This document shows positions 19,637 to 29,665 of a stretch of 64,000 nt of DNA, one piece after another. The notes beneath the pieces were generated by a model. That model saw only the letters and a program-made list of their open reading frames with translations. It was not told the origin of the DNA and did no database searches. A program made the translations under genes and the position numbers. Within the stretch, counting starts at the first letter, position 1; each line of letters starts with the position of its first letter. The stretch is from Myxococcota bacterium (lineage in GTDB: Bacteria; Myxococcota; UBA4151), in the NCBI GenBank assembly GCA_036338695.1, contig JAYZBQ010000015.1, forward strand, positions 32,001 through 96,000, given 5' to 3'.

Positions 19637-20530
19637 ATGGACCGCAATGAGCGACTGCTGCGCCTGATCATTATTCTACGCCGGGCGCGCAGCCCCATCA
19701 CGCGCGCTCAATTGTTCGACGTGCACCCCGCCTATGGCGACCCTTCGCTCAAGCCCGAGAGCATTCTGCGGACCTTTGAGCGCGATAAGGCGGCGTTGCG
19801 CTCGATGGGTGTTCCGCTGCAGATTCAACGGGACGACAACGGTGAAGAGTTGGGCTACCGCTTGGCATCGGGTAAGCGCGCGGCGCTGCGCTGCTCGAGC
19901 TCGGATCGGATGGTGCTGGCTGCCGCTGCTGACAGCTTGATTGCGGTGCCGGGCATGCCGCTTCGCGCTGCGGCGCTCAATGCGCTCGCCAAGCTCGTGG
20001 AGCAGCCGGTGGAGGAGGAGGTGAGCAAGCGAGGGAACGCTCTGCTCGAGCGCCTGCTCGATGCGCTCGAGCGCGGAAAGTCGCTGAGTTTTAGATACCG
20101 GGCTCGCCGCGCAGGTAAGGCGCGTCAGGTCGAGCTCGATGATGCGCTCCTCGAGCTACGCGGGAGTTACTGGTATGTGACCGGCTATGACCGCACGCGC
20201 CGAGCCGACAGGAGCTTCCGTATCGACCGGATCCAAGGTGCGCTCAAAACGCTCAAGCGTGGTGAGGGGCGGCGCAGCGAGGCGCCGTGGTCCCGCTGGC
20301 AGCAGTCGGTCGATCCCGTGCTCGAGGCGACGCTCGAGGCGGGTGAGCTGGCAGGTCCGCTGCCGGCGCGCCTGACGGTGACCGAGCGGCGAGGGCAGCA
20401 GGTGACCGTGCAGACCCGCAATCGATTGGCGCTGATGCGCTGGCTGAGCGCCTCGCCAGGGTGGCGCTTGGTCGGTCCCGCCGGGCTCCGGTCGGAGCTG
20501 GCGGAGCGCTTGGGGCGGCTGATCCCATGA
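19637..20530 (+). CDS. HTH-WYL transcriptional regulator, PafB-like
   Basis: ERLLRL...RTFERDKAALRSMGVP...GYRL N-terminus as in PafB; WYL domain YWYVTGYDRTRRADRSFRIDRI; C-terminal WCX-like GPAGLR. Confidence 0.85.
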   Translation: MDRNERLLRLIIILRRARSPITRAQLFDVHPAYGDPSLKPESILRTFERDKAALRSMGVPLQIQRDDNGEELGYRLASGKRAALRCSSSDRMVLAAAADSLIAVPGMPLRAAALNALAKLVEQPVEEEVSKRGNALLERLLDALERGKSLSFRYRARRAGKARQVELDDALLELRGSYWYVTGYDRTRRADRSFRIDRIQGALKTLKRGEGRRSEAPWSRWQQSVDPVLEATLEAGELAGPLPARLTVTERRGQQVTVQTRNRLALMRWLSASPGWRLVGPAGLRSELAERLGRLIP

Positions 20531-21489
20531 AGCCCCAACTGCTTGAGACCACGCGCTTGTTTTTGGCGGTCGAGCGCGCCGCAGACCTTGGCGAGTTGGG
20601 TATCGAGCTCAGCGAGCTGGCGCACGAGTTTGGCTTAGGGGTCGACGTGCTGCGCCAGTTCCTAGCGGCGCTCGACGACACCGCAGACCGGACGGCGAGC
20701 CCCGACGAGTTGATCGATTGGACACTCGATGAGGACGAGCGCTTGCGCGTGTATTACGCGCCGGGATTGGATAAAGAGATCCCACTCGGCGGGGACGAAG
20801 CCATCGCCCTTATGATCGGGCTGGATCGCCTCGGTCTGAGCCCAGAGCGACAGGCCGATCTAGGCGCTCAGCTGCTCGCCCGCTTGAGCGCAGCAGAAGC
20901 CGAGCGTCTGCTCGGGATTCGGCACAGGCTGATGGTCAAAGCGCAGCATCGATGGCGGAGCGAGCTCGACGCAGCGCTCGAGTCCGGCAGCGGCTTGAGG
21001 ATTCTTTATGAGTCGGCTTCGGGGCGACAGTGGCGCCGGATCGCACCGTCGGCGACCGTCGACTACGACGGTCAGCTGTACATCGGTGCGTGGTGCTTTG
21101 AGCGGCAAGCGCCGCGTCTGTTTCGAGGCGATCGCCTTTTTCAGCTTGAGGCTTACGAGCTCCATGAACCGGCAGGAACGTCGCTCGACCAGCAGGGGTT
21201 GCGTCAGCGCCTCGCCGAACTCACCGATGGGCAGCTCAACGAGCGCATCGTCCTTCGCTGCGCCGACGAGGACGGTCGCTGGATGGTTGAGGACTACCTA
21301 GGACCGAAGGTTCGTTGGGGCAAAGGTGGCGTCATCACGTTCCACGAGTTCGCTGGTCAGGCGCTGGTTAACTGGATCGTGTCTTGCACCGGCAGCGTGG
21401 TTGTGGAATCGCCCCCACGGCTGGCGCAGCGGGTCACTGAGCGGGCTCGAGAGGTTCTGGTGGCCCTTGTAGGAGAGTCTGATGGATAA
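20527..21489 (+). CDS. HTH-WYL transcriptional regulator, PafC-like
   Basis: GIELSELAHEFGL HTH; PL..DEAIAL; WYL domain YIGAWCFERQAPRLFRGDRL; VVVESPPRLA. ATGA overlap with the PafB-like stop. Confidence 0.82.
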   Translation: MKPQLLETTRLFLAVERAADLGELGIELSELAHEFGLGVDVLRQFLAALDDTADRTASPDELIDWTLDEDERLRVYYAPGLDKEIPLGGDEAIALMIGLDRLGLSPERQADLGAQLLARLSAAEAERLLGIRHRLMVKAQHRWRSELDAALESGSGLRILYESASGRQWRRIAPSATVDYDGQLYIGAWCFERQAPRLFRGDRLFQLEAYELHEPAGTSLDQQGLRQRLAELTDGQLNERIVLRCADEDGRWMVEDYLGPKVRWGKGGVITFHEFAGQALVNWIVSCTGSVVVESPPRLAQRVTERAREVLVALVGESDG

Positions 21490-22645
21490 CGAGCGTCTCA
21501 AGTTGATTGGCTTGGTCGTCGCAGCGGCGGTGTTGATCGCCTTCAAGCCTGCGTTGGCGGCTGGTATCTTCTTGTTCGGCGTGGTGGTCGGGCTGCACGA
21601 GGCTGGGCACATGTTCTGCGCTAAGAAAGCGGGCATGCGAGTGGACACCTTTAGCATCGGTATGGGGCCGGCGCTGTGGAGTTTTCAGCGCGGCGAGACC
21701 GAGTACCGGATCGCCCCGATTCCTTTTGGTGGTTACGTCCATATCGTCGGTCTCGACCCGGAAGAAGAGGGCGCCGCTGACGACCCACGCGCCTTTGACA
21801 ATCGCCCCCTTTGGGCTCGGGCGCTGGCGATCTTTGGAGGGCCGCTCGCCAACTATCTGACCGCCATGGTGTTGGTCGTTGTGGTCATGATGGCCTGGGG
21901 GGGGCGTTGGGCGGTCGGGGTCGTCTCGGTGAGCGATGGCGCGCCGGCTGCTGCCGCTGGGCTCAAAGGTGGTGATCGCCTCCTCGCCATCAACGGCGAG
22001 TCGCTGAGTAACGTGAGCGATTTGAGCCGGCTTGCGGGCAAGGCGGGGACGTACGAGCTGACGATCACGCGGCCGAGTAAGGCAGCCGCTCAGATCGCGT
22101 CCCAGCCCTGGTATCGAGAGGGCGACGTGCTGTTGCGCCAAGGAGAAGCCTCCGATGGTTCGCACCAGGTCGTTTTTAGGCGCTCGATGACCAAACCGGA
22201 GGGGCTCTTTGGGATGGGGGTGTCGCAAGCGCTCGTCGAGGGCAGTGACCCGTCGCTCGGTGAGGCGCTGGTGACCAGCGTCCGGCTGCCGCTTGAGACC
22301 AGCGTCGGGATCGGTCGAGCGCTGGTGCAGGCGATGACGGCTCCCAAGAGCGGCTCGCTTGGCGGTCCTGTGGCGATCTTGAAGTCAGCGACGGATGAAG
22401 CTCAGGCGGGTCTGCTCCGCTTTCTGCTGTTTGCGATCACCCTGAGCGTTGCGCTTGGGTTTTTTAATCTGCTGCCGATCCCTGCCTTGGACGGGGGGCG
22501 GCTCGTGTTCCTGGGGCTCGAGGCGATCAGCAAGAAGCTCTTGCCCAGCCCGGAAATGCAGATGCGAATTCACAGCTACGGTTTTACCCTGCTCCTCGGA
22601 TTGATCGTCCTGTTGACCGTGTTCGACGTTCGGCGCCTACTTTAA
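21482..22645 (+). CDS. rseP: RseP-like site-2 (M50) intramembrane metalloprotease with PDZ domain
   Basis: HEAGH, FSIGMGP, IPFGGYV, GPLAN, PDZ PAAAAGLKGGD, NLLPIPALDGG. Confidence 0.9.
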   Translation: MDNERLKLIGLVVAAAVLIAFKPALAAGIFLFGVVVGLHEAGHMFCAKKAGMRVDTFSIGMGPALWSFQRGETEYRIAPIPFGGYVHIVGLDPEEEGAADDPRAFDNRPLWARALAIFGGPLANYLTAMVLVVVVMMAWGGRWAVGVVSVSDGAPAAAAGLKGGDRLLAINGESLSNVSDLSRLAGKAGTYELTITRPSKAAAQIASQPWYREGDVLLRQGEASDGSHQVVFRRSMTKPEGLFGMGVSQALVEGSDPSLGEALVTSVRLPLETSVGIGRALVQAMTAPKSGSLGGPVAILKSATDEAQAGLLRFLLFAITLSVALGFFNLLPIPALDGGRLVFLGLEAISKKLLPSPEMQMRIHSYGFTLLLGLIVLLTVFDVRRLL

Positions 22646-22672
22646 CGCTGGAATACATTCCGCAAGAGCGGG

Positions 22673-22701
22673 TTGGCGGAGGAACACCCGCCGGGTAATT
22701 T
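22673..22701 (+). promoter_or_regulatory. Candidate sigma70 promoter for tRNA-Arg
   Basis: TTGGCG-N17-TAATTT, 53 nt upstream of the tRNA. Confidence 0.45.
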
Positions 22702-22754
22702 GGGTTCCAATGGTGGGCGCAAAAGGCTACCCAGCCGCCAGGCTGTGGACGTTT

Positions 22755-22831
<77 letters not shown>

Positions 22832-22846
22832 TCGAGGAGAGAGCGG

Positions 22847-23560
22847 ATGCACTTTAGGATGGTTGTGAGCCTCCTGTGCTGCATGCTGGTTGTGGTCAGC
22901 TGCCATCGCTCGAAAGGCATGATCGAGGAAGGCGGCGAGCTCGCTCTGGGGCTGGACCAAGTCCTGGGGATCTCTCAGGTGGACGTGAAGGCAGCCTATC
23001 AACTCGCTGCGAAGCGCGCCTCGGTGAAGTCGGCGCGCCTGGCGTTGCTGGCCGGGCTTGACGGTGGCGTGCGCGGCGAGCTTCGGATCGGCGCCCGGAC
23101 CTACCTCGCCGAGTTCGCTCAGCGCGGGGCATGGCAGGAGCTGGTTCGGACGCTCTTCGGCGCACACAAGAAAGCCGATGCGGTGGGCTCAGACCGCGCA
23201 GAGATCGCGAAGCTGTGCGGCTCGAAGGATCTGCTCAGGCGAACGGCGGGACAGAGCCTGCTCGCGCAAGCTGATCAGCGCGCCTACGACGCGCTGTTCA
23301 GCGAGTTGGGGCCGGAGACGCCTCCGACGAAGGTACGCCAACTGACGGCGGTCCTGCTGAGCACCAAGGGGCGCCTAGCGACCGTGCATTTGATCGAACT
23401 GAGCCAGCGCTACCCAGAGCTCCTCGAGGAGCTGCTGGGGGCCGTCGCTGAACGGGAAGAAGAGGTGGCTGTCGCCTATCTGACGGCGGTCGCTGCTGGA
23501 CACGATGAGGTCTCGGCGCGCCAGACGGCGCGTGCGGCGCTGGAGCTGCGTCAGCAATGA
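22847..23560 (+). CDS. Hypothetical lipoprotein, HEAT-like helical C-terminus
   Basis: GAGGAG RBS; signal peptide ending VVSC; helical repeats. Confidence 0.6.
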   Translation: MHFRMVVSLLCCMLVVVSCHRSKGMIEEGGELALGLDQVLGISQVDVKAAYQLAAKRASVKSARLALLAGLDGGVRGELRIGARTYLAEFAQRGAWQELVRTLFGAHKKADAVGSDRAEIAKLCGSKDLLRRTAGQSLLAQADQRAYDALFSELGPETPPTKVRQLTAVLLSTKGRLATVHLIELSQRYPELLEELLGAVAEREEEVAVAYLTAVAAGHDEVSARQTARAALELRQQ

Positions 23561-24096
23561 GAGGCTGGGTGGCGGCAGCCCTGCTCATGAGCGCTTGCGC
23601 AAGCACCCCACCTCAGGTCACCGGGCCGGCGCCCTCGAGCTACTGGCCGCTTGTTGACGGGCAGGTGATGACCTTCGTCGCGTCGGCAGCGGGTGGCAAG
23701 TCGGTTCAGCGCATCCGCGTCGAGGAGCTCAAGGGTGGCTGGTACCAAGTGGGCCCTGGTCAGCGACTCCGACACGACGCAGACGGCTTGTTCGACGGAA
23801 AGCGCTACCTCATCCGCCGACCGCTTCGAGTCGGTGCGACCTGGCGTGCTATCCCGCAACCCGGTGTCATCGAGCGCTTCTCGGTGGTCCGGGTCGGCGC
23901 ACGCTGCCCGCGTGAGCTGAAGGTCGCCAAGCCCTGCGCAGCGATCGAGGCTCGGCAGAACGTCCCCGACGGGACGCTGCTCACCCGCTGGTGGTATGGA
24001 CAGGGGCTGGGCTTACTGCAGGTCGAGGTCTACATCCAGCAGCGCAGCGGTCGCCTCAACTTGGTCAGCCGCCTCAGTCGCCAGGATGCCTCATGA
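23557..24096 (+). CDS. Hypothetical beta-rich lipoprotein
   Basis: Lipobox MSAC; YWPL..G...TF and WWYGQGLGL; ATGA overlaps at both ends. Confidence 0.65.
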   Translation: MRGWVAAALLMSACASTPPQVTGPAPSSYWPLVDGQVMTFVASAAGGKSVQRIRVEELKGGWYQVGPGQRLRHDADGLFDGKRYLIRRPLRVGATWRAIPQPGVIERFSVVRVGARCPRELKVAKPCAAIEARQNVPDGTLLTRWWYGQGLGLLQVEVYIQQRSGRLNLVSRLSRQDAS

Positions 24097-24701
24097 TCGG
24101 TAAGTATCTCGTACTTGAAGGGATCGACGGTTCGGGCACGAGCACCCTGTTGTCAGGGCTGCAGGCGGCGCTTGAGAGCGCCGGAATTCGCGTTCACTTC
24201 GCCGCGCAGCCCTCGGATCATGGCGCCGGCGTGCTCGCTCGCAGCTACCTGCGTCAACCGCTCCACGAGGAATTTGAGCGCGCCGCGCTCGCGCTGTTTT
24301 TTGCAGCCGACCGGCTTGAGCTGCGGCGAGAGTTTATCCAGGCGCTGGCGCGCGGCGAGTGGGTGATCTGTGATCGCTCAGTGCTGTCGAGCCTGGTCTA
24401 TCAAGGGAGCGAACTGGACGAAGAGTGGGTTGCGTTGATCAACCGCTACGCGCTGCCCGCCGACCTCACCTTCTTGCTCGATCTTCCAGCCGAGGTCTCC
24501 TGGGAGCGCATCGCAACACGCGGCGCCGAGCGGGAGCGTTTCGAGGTGCTTGAGACGCTGGGTGTGTTGCGTAAGCGCTACCTCGAGGCGGCTCGCTCGT
24601 TCCCGACGCCGGTGCGCTTGATCGACGCAACGCAGCGACCTGAAGACGTGCTTGAAGCCTGCCTGAGGACGCTTCGAGAGCGCGGTTGGCTTCGTCAATG
24701 A
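24093..24701 (+). CDS. tmk: Thymidylate kinase
   Basis: LEGIDGSG(T)ST, LFFAADR, VICDR...SSLVYQG, PADLTFLLD, ERFE. Confidence 0.9.
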   Translation: MIGKYLVLEGIDGSGTSTLLSGLQAALESAGIRVHFAAQPSDHGAGVLARSYLRQPLHEEFERAALALFFAADRLELRREFIQALARGEWVICDRSVLSSLVYQGSELDEEWVALINRYALPADLTFLLDLPAEVSWERIATRGAERERFEVLETLGVLRKRYLEAARSFPTPVRLIDATQRPEDVLEACLRTLRERGWLRQ

Positions 24702-27340
24702 CCGGGCTGCCGAGCACCGAGGGGCTCTCCCCGATGATGACGCATTACGTCGAGACCAAGCTCGTGCATCCGCAGGGGCTGCTCTTTTATCGCGTCGGGG
24801 ACTTCTTCGAATTGTTCTTCGACGACGCCGTGCGTGCGGGCAAACTGCTCGGCTTGGTATGCACCTCGCGCCAGGTGCATCAGGGTCAGCCGATTCCGAT
24901 GGCGGGCGTGCCCCATCATGCGCTGGAGGGTTACGTTGATCAGGCGCTAGAGCACGGGCTGCATGTCGTCATTGTCGATCAGGTCGAGGATCCGGCTCAA
25001 GCCAAGGGCATCGTCAAGCGTGCGGTGACGCGGATCGAGACGCCGGGTACGGTGATCCGTGAAGAGGACCCCGAGCCGATCTTCATCGCTGCGCTTGCGC
25101 CCCCGACACGCCGTCGAGAGCGTGTCGGTTTCGCGGTCATGGATTTGGGCAGCGCAGACTTTCGCTGCACGAGCTTCGAGACGCTGAGTGAGGGGTTCGA
25201 GGAGGTTCGCCGATTGGGCGTACGCGAGCTGCTTGTACCCGAGGGCGATGAGGCGCTTTCTCAGGCTCTCGAGGGCGCGCTCGTTGGGCTCGATCCGTCA
25301 TGGTTCGCTCGGCGCGGCGCCGCAAAGCAGCTGCAGGCTTTCTTAGGTGTTCGAGACCTCGCAACCTTTGGTCTGAGTGGGCACAAGGATCGCCTCGCCG
25401 CCGCCGCGGTGCTCGCCCGTTACGTCCAAGCGACGCGGACGGACACGATCGAGTTTGTGACGCGCCTTCGAAATTATGAGCGCGTGGATCGCCTCCATTT
25501 AGACGCCTCGACGCTGCGCAACTTAGAGATCTTTTCGACACTCGCAGGGGAGCGTCGCGGCAGCTTGTTCACAGCGGTGGACAGGACCTGTACCGCGGGC
25601 GGAAAGCGGGCGCTGATCGAGGCGCTGCGGGCGCCGTTTCGCTCGCTCGAGCCGATCGAGCGGCGTCTGGACCGCACCGAGGCGATGCTGGACGGCGCTC
25701 TGCGCGCTGAGGTGCGCGCGCAGCTCGACGCCGTCATCGATCTGGAGCGCCTGGCGTCCCGATTGGCGCTCGGCGGCGGGAACCCAAGACAGCTGCGGCA
25801 GCTCGCAAACAGCCTGGTGGCGCTCCCCGCTGTGGCGGCTGCGCTGGCGCCGAACCCGGTGCTCGGGGGTTGGTTTCAAGGTGCATGGGATGCGGTCGCC
25901 GGCGAGGTCGGCGGCGACGGTCTGCTCGAGCTCGGACAGCTGCTCGATCGCGCGCTCGAGGAGCGTCCGCCGGTGCGGCGTGGTGACGGCGACTCGATCG
26001 CGCCTGGCTACGATGAGGAGCTCGACGCGGCGCGCGACCTGGCACGGCACGGAGCCGACGCGATCGCTGCGTTCCAAGAGCGTCAGCGGCAAGAGACCGA
26101 CATCCCGACGCTCAAGGTTAAGCAGAACAAAGTGTTCGGTTACTACATCGAGGTGTCGACCCGCTACCTTGATCGCGTGCCGGAGCGTTATCGGCGCAAA
26201 CAGACGATCTCGACGGGTGAGCGCTACATCGACGACGAGCTGGCAAGCCTCGCCGACGCCATCGAGAAGGCGCTTTTTGCCTCGGACCACCGTGAGGAGC
26301 AGCTCGTCGCTGCGCTGCGTGAGCGGTCAGCTCAGCACGTCGCTGGGCTCTTTGCGATCGCAGCCGCGCTCTCTGAGCTCGACCTCGTCCAGAGCTTTGG
26401 TGAGCTTGCGTCGTCTCAGGGGTACGCTCGACCTGAGATGCTCGAAGCCGACAACCATCTGCTCGACCTGCGCGCGTGCCGGCACCCCGTGGTCGAGCAG
26501 CTCAGCCACGAAGCCTTTGTGCCGAACGATCTGGTGCTGGGTGTTGAGGGCGAGCGTCTGATCGTCCTCACCGGTCCCAATATGGGCGGGAAGAGCACCG
26601 TAATGCGTCAGGCTGCGCTGTCCGTACTGATGGCTCAAGCGGGCAGCTTCGTGCCGGCGCACAGCGCACGTTTGGCGCTGCGCGACCGCATTTTCACACG
26701 GGTGGGAGCCAGCGACGACCTGGCGCAAGGGCGCTCGACCTTTATGGTCGAGATGACCGAGACGGCGAATATCTTACATCACGCCTCCGCCGAGAGCCTA
26801 GTCATCCTTGATGAGATCGGCCGGGGGACGGCGACCTTCGATGGCTTGAGCTTAGCGTGGGCGGTCGCAGAGGATTTGGTCGACCGTATCGGTTGCCTTG
26901 GCTTGTTCGCCACGCATTACCATGAGCTGTGCGAACTCGCAGAGACCCGAGACCGCGTCGTGAACATGCGTTTGGCGGTGCGCGAGTGGAATCACGAGAT
27001 TCACTTTTTACGCCAGCTCGAGCCGGGGGGTGCGTCGCGCTCTTACGGGATTCAGGTGGCGCGTCTTGCGGGGCTGCCCAGCGACGTCGTGGGTCGAAGC
27101 CAGGAGATACTCCATCAGCTTGAGCTGCGCGAGCGAGACCGCTCGGACCGACCCACGCTTTTGCCACCGCAGCCGAGTGGGGCGGGGCAGATGAACCTGT
27201 TCGGTGTGAGTAATGTGGACGCCCAGGCGGCGGACGAGCTCGCCGAGATCGCCGCCTTGCTGCGCCGAACGGACCCCGACCACACGACCCCGGTGGAAGC
27301 CCATCGTCTCCTAATTAGGGTGCGCAAAAAGCTGCTCTGA
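24698..27340 (+). CDS. mutS: DNA mismatch repair protein MutS
   Basis: FYRVGDFFELF, PMAGVP, TGPNMGGKST, DRIFTRVGASD, STFMVEM, DEIGRGT, FATHYHEL, SYGIQVA. Confidence 0.97.
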   Translation: MTGLPSTEGLSPMMTHYVETKLVHPQGLLFYRVGDFFELFFDDAVRAGKLLGLVCTSRQVHQGQPIPMAGVPHHALEGYVDQALEHGLHVVIVDQVEDPAQAKGIVKRAVTRIETPGTVIREEDPEPIFIAALAPPTRRRERVGFAVMDLGSADFRCTSFETLSEGFEEVRRLGVRELLVPEGDEALSQALEGALVGLDPSWFARRGAAKQLQAFLGVRDLATFGLSGHKDRLAAAAVLARYVQATRTDTIEFVTRLRNYERVDRLHLDASTLRNLEIFSTLAGERRGSLFTAVDRTCTAGGKRALIEALRAPFRSLEPIERRLDRTEAMLDGALRAEVRAQLDAVIDLERLASRLALGGGNPRQLRQLANSLVALPAVAAALAPNPVLGGWFQGAWDAVAGEVGGDGLLELGQLLDRALEERPPVRRGDGDSIAPGYDEELDAARDLARHGADAIAAFQERQRQETDIPTLKVKQNKVFGYYIEVSTRYLDRVPERYRRKQTISTGERYIDDELASLADAIEKALFASDHREEQLVAALRERSAQHVAGLFAIAAALSELDLVQSFGELASSQGYARPEMLEADNHLLDLRACRHPVVEQLSHEAFVPNDLVLGVEGERLIVLTGPNMGGKSTVMRQAALSVLMAQAGSFVPAHSARLALRDRIFTRVGASDDLAQGRSTFMVEMTETANILHHASAESLVILDEIGRGTATFDGLSLAWAVAEDLVDRIGCLGLFATHYHELCELAETRDRVVNMRLAVREWNHEIHFLRQLEPGGASRSYGIQVARLAGLPSDVVGRSQEILHQLELRERDRSDRPTLLPPQPSGAGQMNLFGVSNVDAQAADELAEIAALLRRTDPDHTTPVEAHRLLIRVRKKLL

Positions 27341-27388
27341 GTGAGCGTGTCACAGCGCCGTGTAAGCTCCCCGTCGGTAGGGGGAGTT

Positions 27389-28294
27389 ATGAACACGTGG
27401 CAGCGGGCGCTCTTGATTGAGCTGAAAAACAACCGATGGGCTGAGGTCGAGCGTCGCTGGCGGGCGTGGCCTCAGGAGCGACAGCGCCGCTTCGAGGCGA
27501 CTTTTCAAGCAGCTCTTCGAGTGGGTGCTTCGCCCGTCATGGTGGGTGACGCCGAGTATCCAAAAGGCTGGTCTCGGTTGAGCCAGCCGCCGGTTGGTGC
27601 GTGGCTTCGGGGGCGCTGGGACAACGAAGGGCGGGGCGTCGGTATCGTCGGCTCGCGCGCCGCGCCGCCTGAGGTGTGTGCACGCGTTCGCGCCTACGCC
27701 GCTGACTGCGTGGTGCAGGGGGATCGGGTCATCAGCGGCGCAGCCGTTGGCGTCGACACGGCGGCGCACGTGGGCGCCGGCAGCGCTGGGTCGATCGCCG
27801 TCGTCCCTTTTGGCATCGAGGGACCGCGCGTGGGGCAAGGTCAGCTGACCGTTGAGCAGATCTGCGGAGCCGGTGGAGCGGTCTGGGGCGCTGCCCTTCT
27901 CCGCGATGGCGCGCGGCAGCGTTATGTTGCGCGCAATCAACTCCTGGCAGGGCTCTGCGATCGGCTCCTCGTGGCGCACGCTGCGCTCAAGAGTGGCACC
28001 ATGCACACGGTTCGCTTCGCCCAGGCGCTCGATCTGCGGATCGATGCGTGGTGGACGCCAGGTGATCCCTCGACCAACGACGGGTGCCGTGAGATCCTTG
28101 GTGCGGGTCTGCCGTTACAACCGATGCTTCGCGACTTGCTGAAAGCGCTGCGAAAGGCGAAAGGACGAGTACGAGGTGTCGACCGACGGCGGTTTCCTGA
28201 GCTTGCGCTGCTGCTCCTAGAGCTTGAGTGCGAGGGGTGGATCCGGAGCGTCGGTCCGGGGCTCTACGACTGCGGGGAGGCGAAGAAGCGATGA
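27389..28294 (+). CDS. dprA: DNA-processing protein DprA
   Basis: YP..., GIVGSR, ISGAAVGVDTAAH, RNQLLAGL, KSGT..T, C-terminal LLLELECEGWI. Alternative start GTG at 27341. Confidence 0.82.
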   Translation: MNTWQRALLIELKNNRWAEVERRWRAWPQERQRRFEATFQAALRVGASPVMVGDAEYPKGWSRLSQPPVGAWLRGRWDNEGRGVGIVGSRAAPPEVCARVRAYAADCVVQGDRVISGAAVGVDTAAHVGAGSAGSIAVVPFGIEGPRVGQGQLTVEQICGAGGAVWGAALLRDGARQRYVARNQLLAGLCDRLLVAHAALKSGTMHTVRFAQALDLRIDAWWTPGDPSTNDGCREILGAGLPLQPMLRDLLKALRKAKGRVRGVDRRRFPELALLLLELECEGWIRSVGPGLYDCGEAKKR

Positions 28295-29652
28295 AGCGTG
28301 AACCGACTCATGTCAACGTCGTCGGTGCGGGGCTCGCAGGCTCAGAAGCCGCTTTGTTGCTCGCTCGATCCGGCGTGCCGGTTCGGCTCTACGAGCAAAA
28401 GCCTGAGGCTCGGACGCCGGCTCAAGTTTTGAATGGACCGGCTGAGCTGGTCTGCTCCAACAGTTTCCGCTCGAACAACCCGCTCAACGCGGTCGGCTTG
28501 ATCAAGGAGGAGCTTGAGGCGCTCGAGAGCCCGCTGATGGCGCTCGCACGGGACCACAGTGTGCCGGCCGGCGATGCGCTTGCGGTCGACCGGGAGGCGT
28601 TCTCTGAGGCGGTCGGTGTTGCGCTCTGTGATGAGCCATTGATCGAGCAAATCGTCGAGTGTGTCGCCGACTGGAGCGCCGACCCCAACCCATGGATCCT
28701 CGCGACCGGGCCTCTGACCGCCGACGCGCTTGCAGCCCGCTTGCAAACCGAACTCGGTCCGAGCTGCGCCTTCTTTGACTCGATCGCGCCCATCGTCGAG
28801 GCCGAGAGTATTGACCGGTCCGTCGTGTATGCCTTGAGCCGCTATGGTAAAGGCGAGGGCGACGAATACCTGAACATCCCGCTTGATAAGTTCCAGTATG
28901 AAGCCTTCATCGACGCGGTGTTGACGAGTCCAAAGGTCACCCCGCATGACTTTGAGAAACCGAAATACTTTGAGGGGTGCTTGCCGCTTGAGGTCGTCGC
29001 TGAGCGCGGTCGAGAGAGCTTGCGATTTGGCGCGATGAAGCCGGTCGGTTTACCGGACCCACGCACAGGCCGAGAGCCCTACGCCGTGGTGCAGCTACGC
29101 GCTGAGAATCACGGCCGCACAGCCTACAACATGGTGGGTTTTCAGACCCGCATGACCTGGGGTGCGCAGACGCAAGTCTTTCGGGCGCTGCCGGGTATGT
29201 CGGAGGCGAAGTTCTTACGGCTCGGTGTGATCCACCGGAACACCTACGTCAACGCCCCCGCAGTGCTTGACGATCACCTCGCGCTGCACGCGGCGCCCCA
29301 TGTCCACTTGGCGGGTCAGATCACGGGCTGCGAGGGCTATGTGGAGAGTCTGAGCATCGGTCATTTGGTGGCGCGTCTGTTGCTCATGCGGGCTCAAGGG
29401 AGAGTCTGGGAGCCTCCGCCTCTCGACACGGCGCTCGGCGCACTCTGGGGTCACCTGCGCGGCGCCATGCGTCCGCCGGGCTCAGCACATGAGCCGAACA
29501 ATGTGCACTGGGGTTTGTTCAAGCCCCTTGAAGAACGTCTGCCAAAGCGTCGTCGAAAGGAGCGGAGGCTCGAGATTGCTCGCGAAAGCTTCGTGAGCTG
29601 GCGTCGAGCTCAGGGGTTATTGGCGGCGGCTGAGGCTGTCGCTGCGGGTTGA
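28291..29652 (+). CDS. trmFO: tRNA (uracil-5)-methyltransferase TrmFO (Gid)
   Basis: VGAGLAGSEAA, AELVCSNSF, ALAVDR, ATGPLT, YFEGCLP, NMVGFQT, HRNTY, AGQITGCEGYVES. Confidence 0.96.
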   Translation: MKREPTHVNVVGAGLAGSEAALLLARSGVPVRLYEQKPEARTPAQVLNGPAELVCSNSFRSNNPLNAVGLIKEELEALESPLMALARDHSVPAGDALAVDREAFSEAVGVALCDEPLIEQIVECVADWSADPNPWILATGPLTADALAARLQTELGPSCAFFDSIAPIVEAESIDRSVVYALSRYGKGEGDEYLNIPLDKFQYEAFIDAVLTSPKVTPHDFEKPKYFEGCLPLEVVAERGRESLRFGAMKPVGLPDPRTGREPYAVVQLRAENHGRTAYNMVGFQTRMTWGAQTQVFRALPGMSEAKFLRLGVIHRNTYVNAPAVLDDHLALHAAPHVHLAGQITGCEGYVESLSIGHLVARLLLMRAQGRVWEPPPLDTALGALWGHLRGAMRPPGSAHEPNNVHWGLFKPLEERLPKRRRKERRLEIARESFVSWRRAQGLLAAAEAVAAG

Positions 29653-29665
29653 TGGAGAGGTTGAG

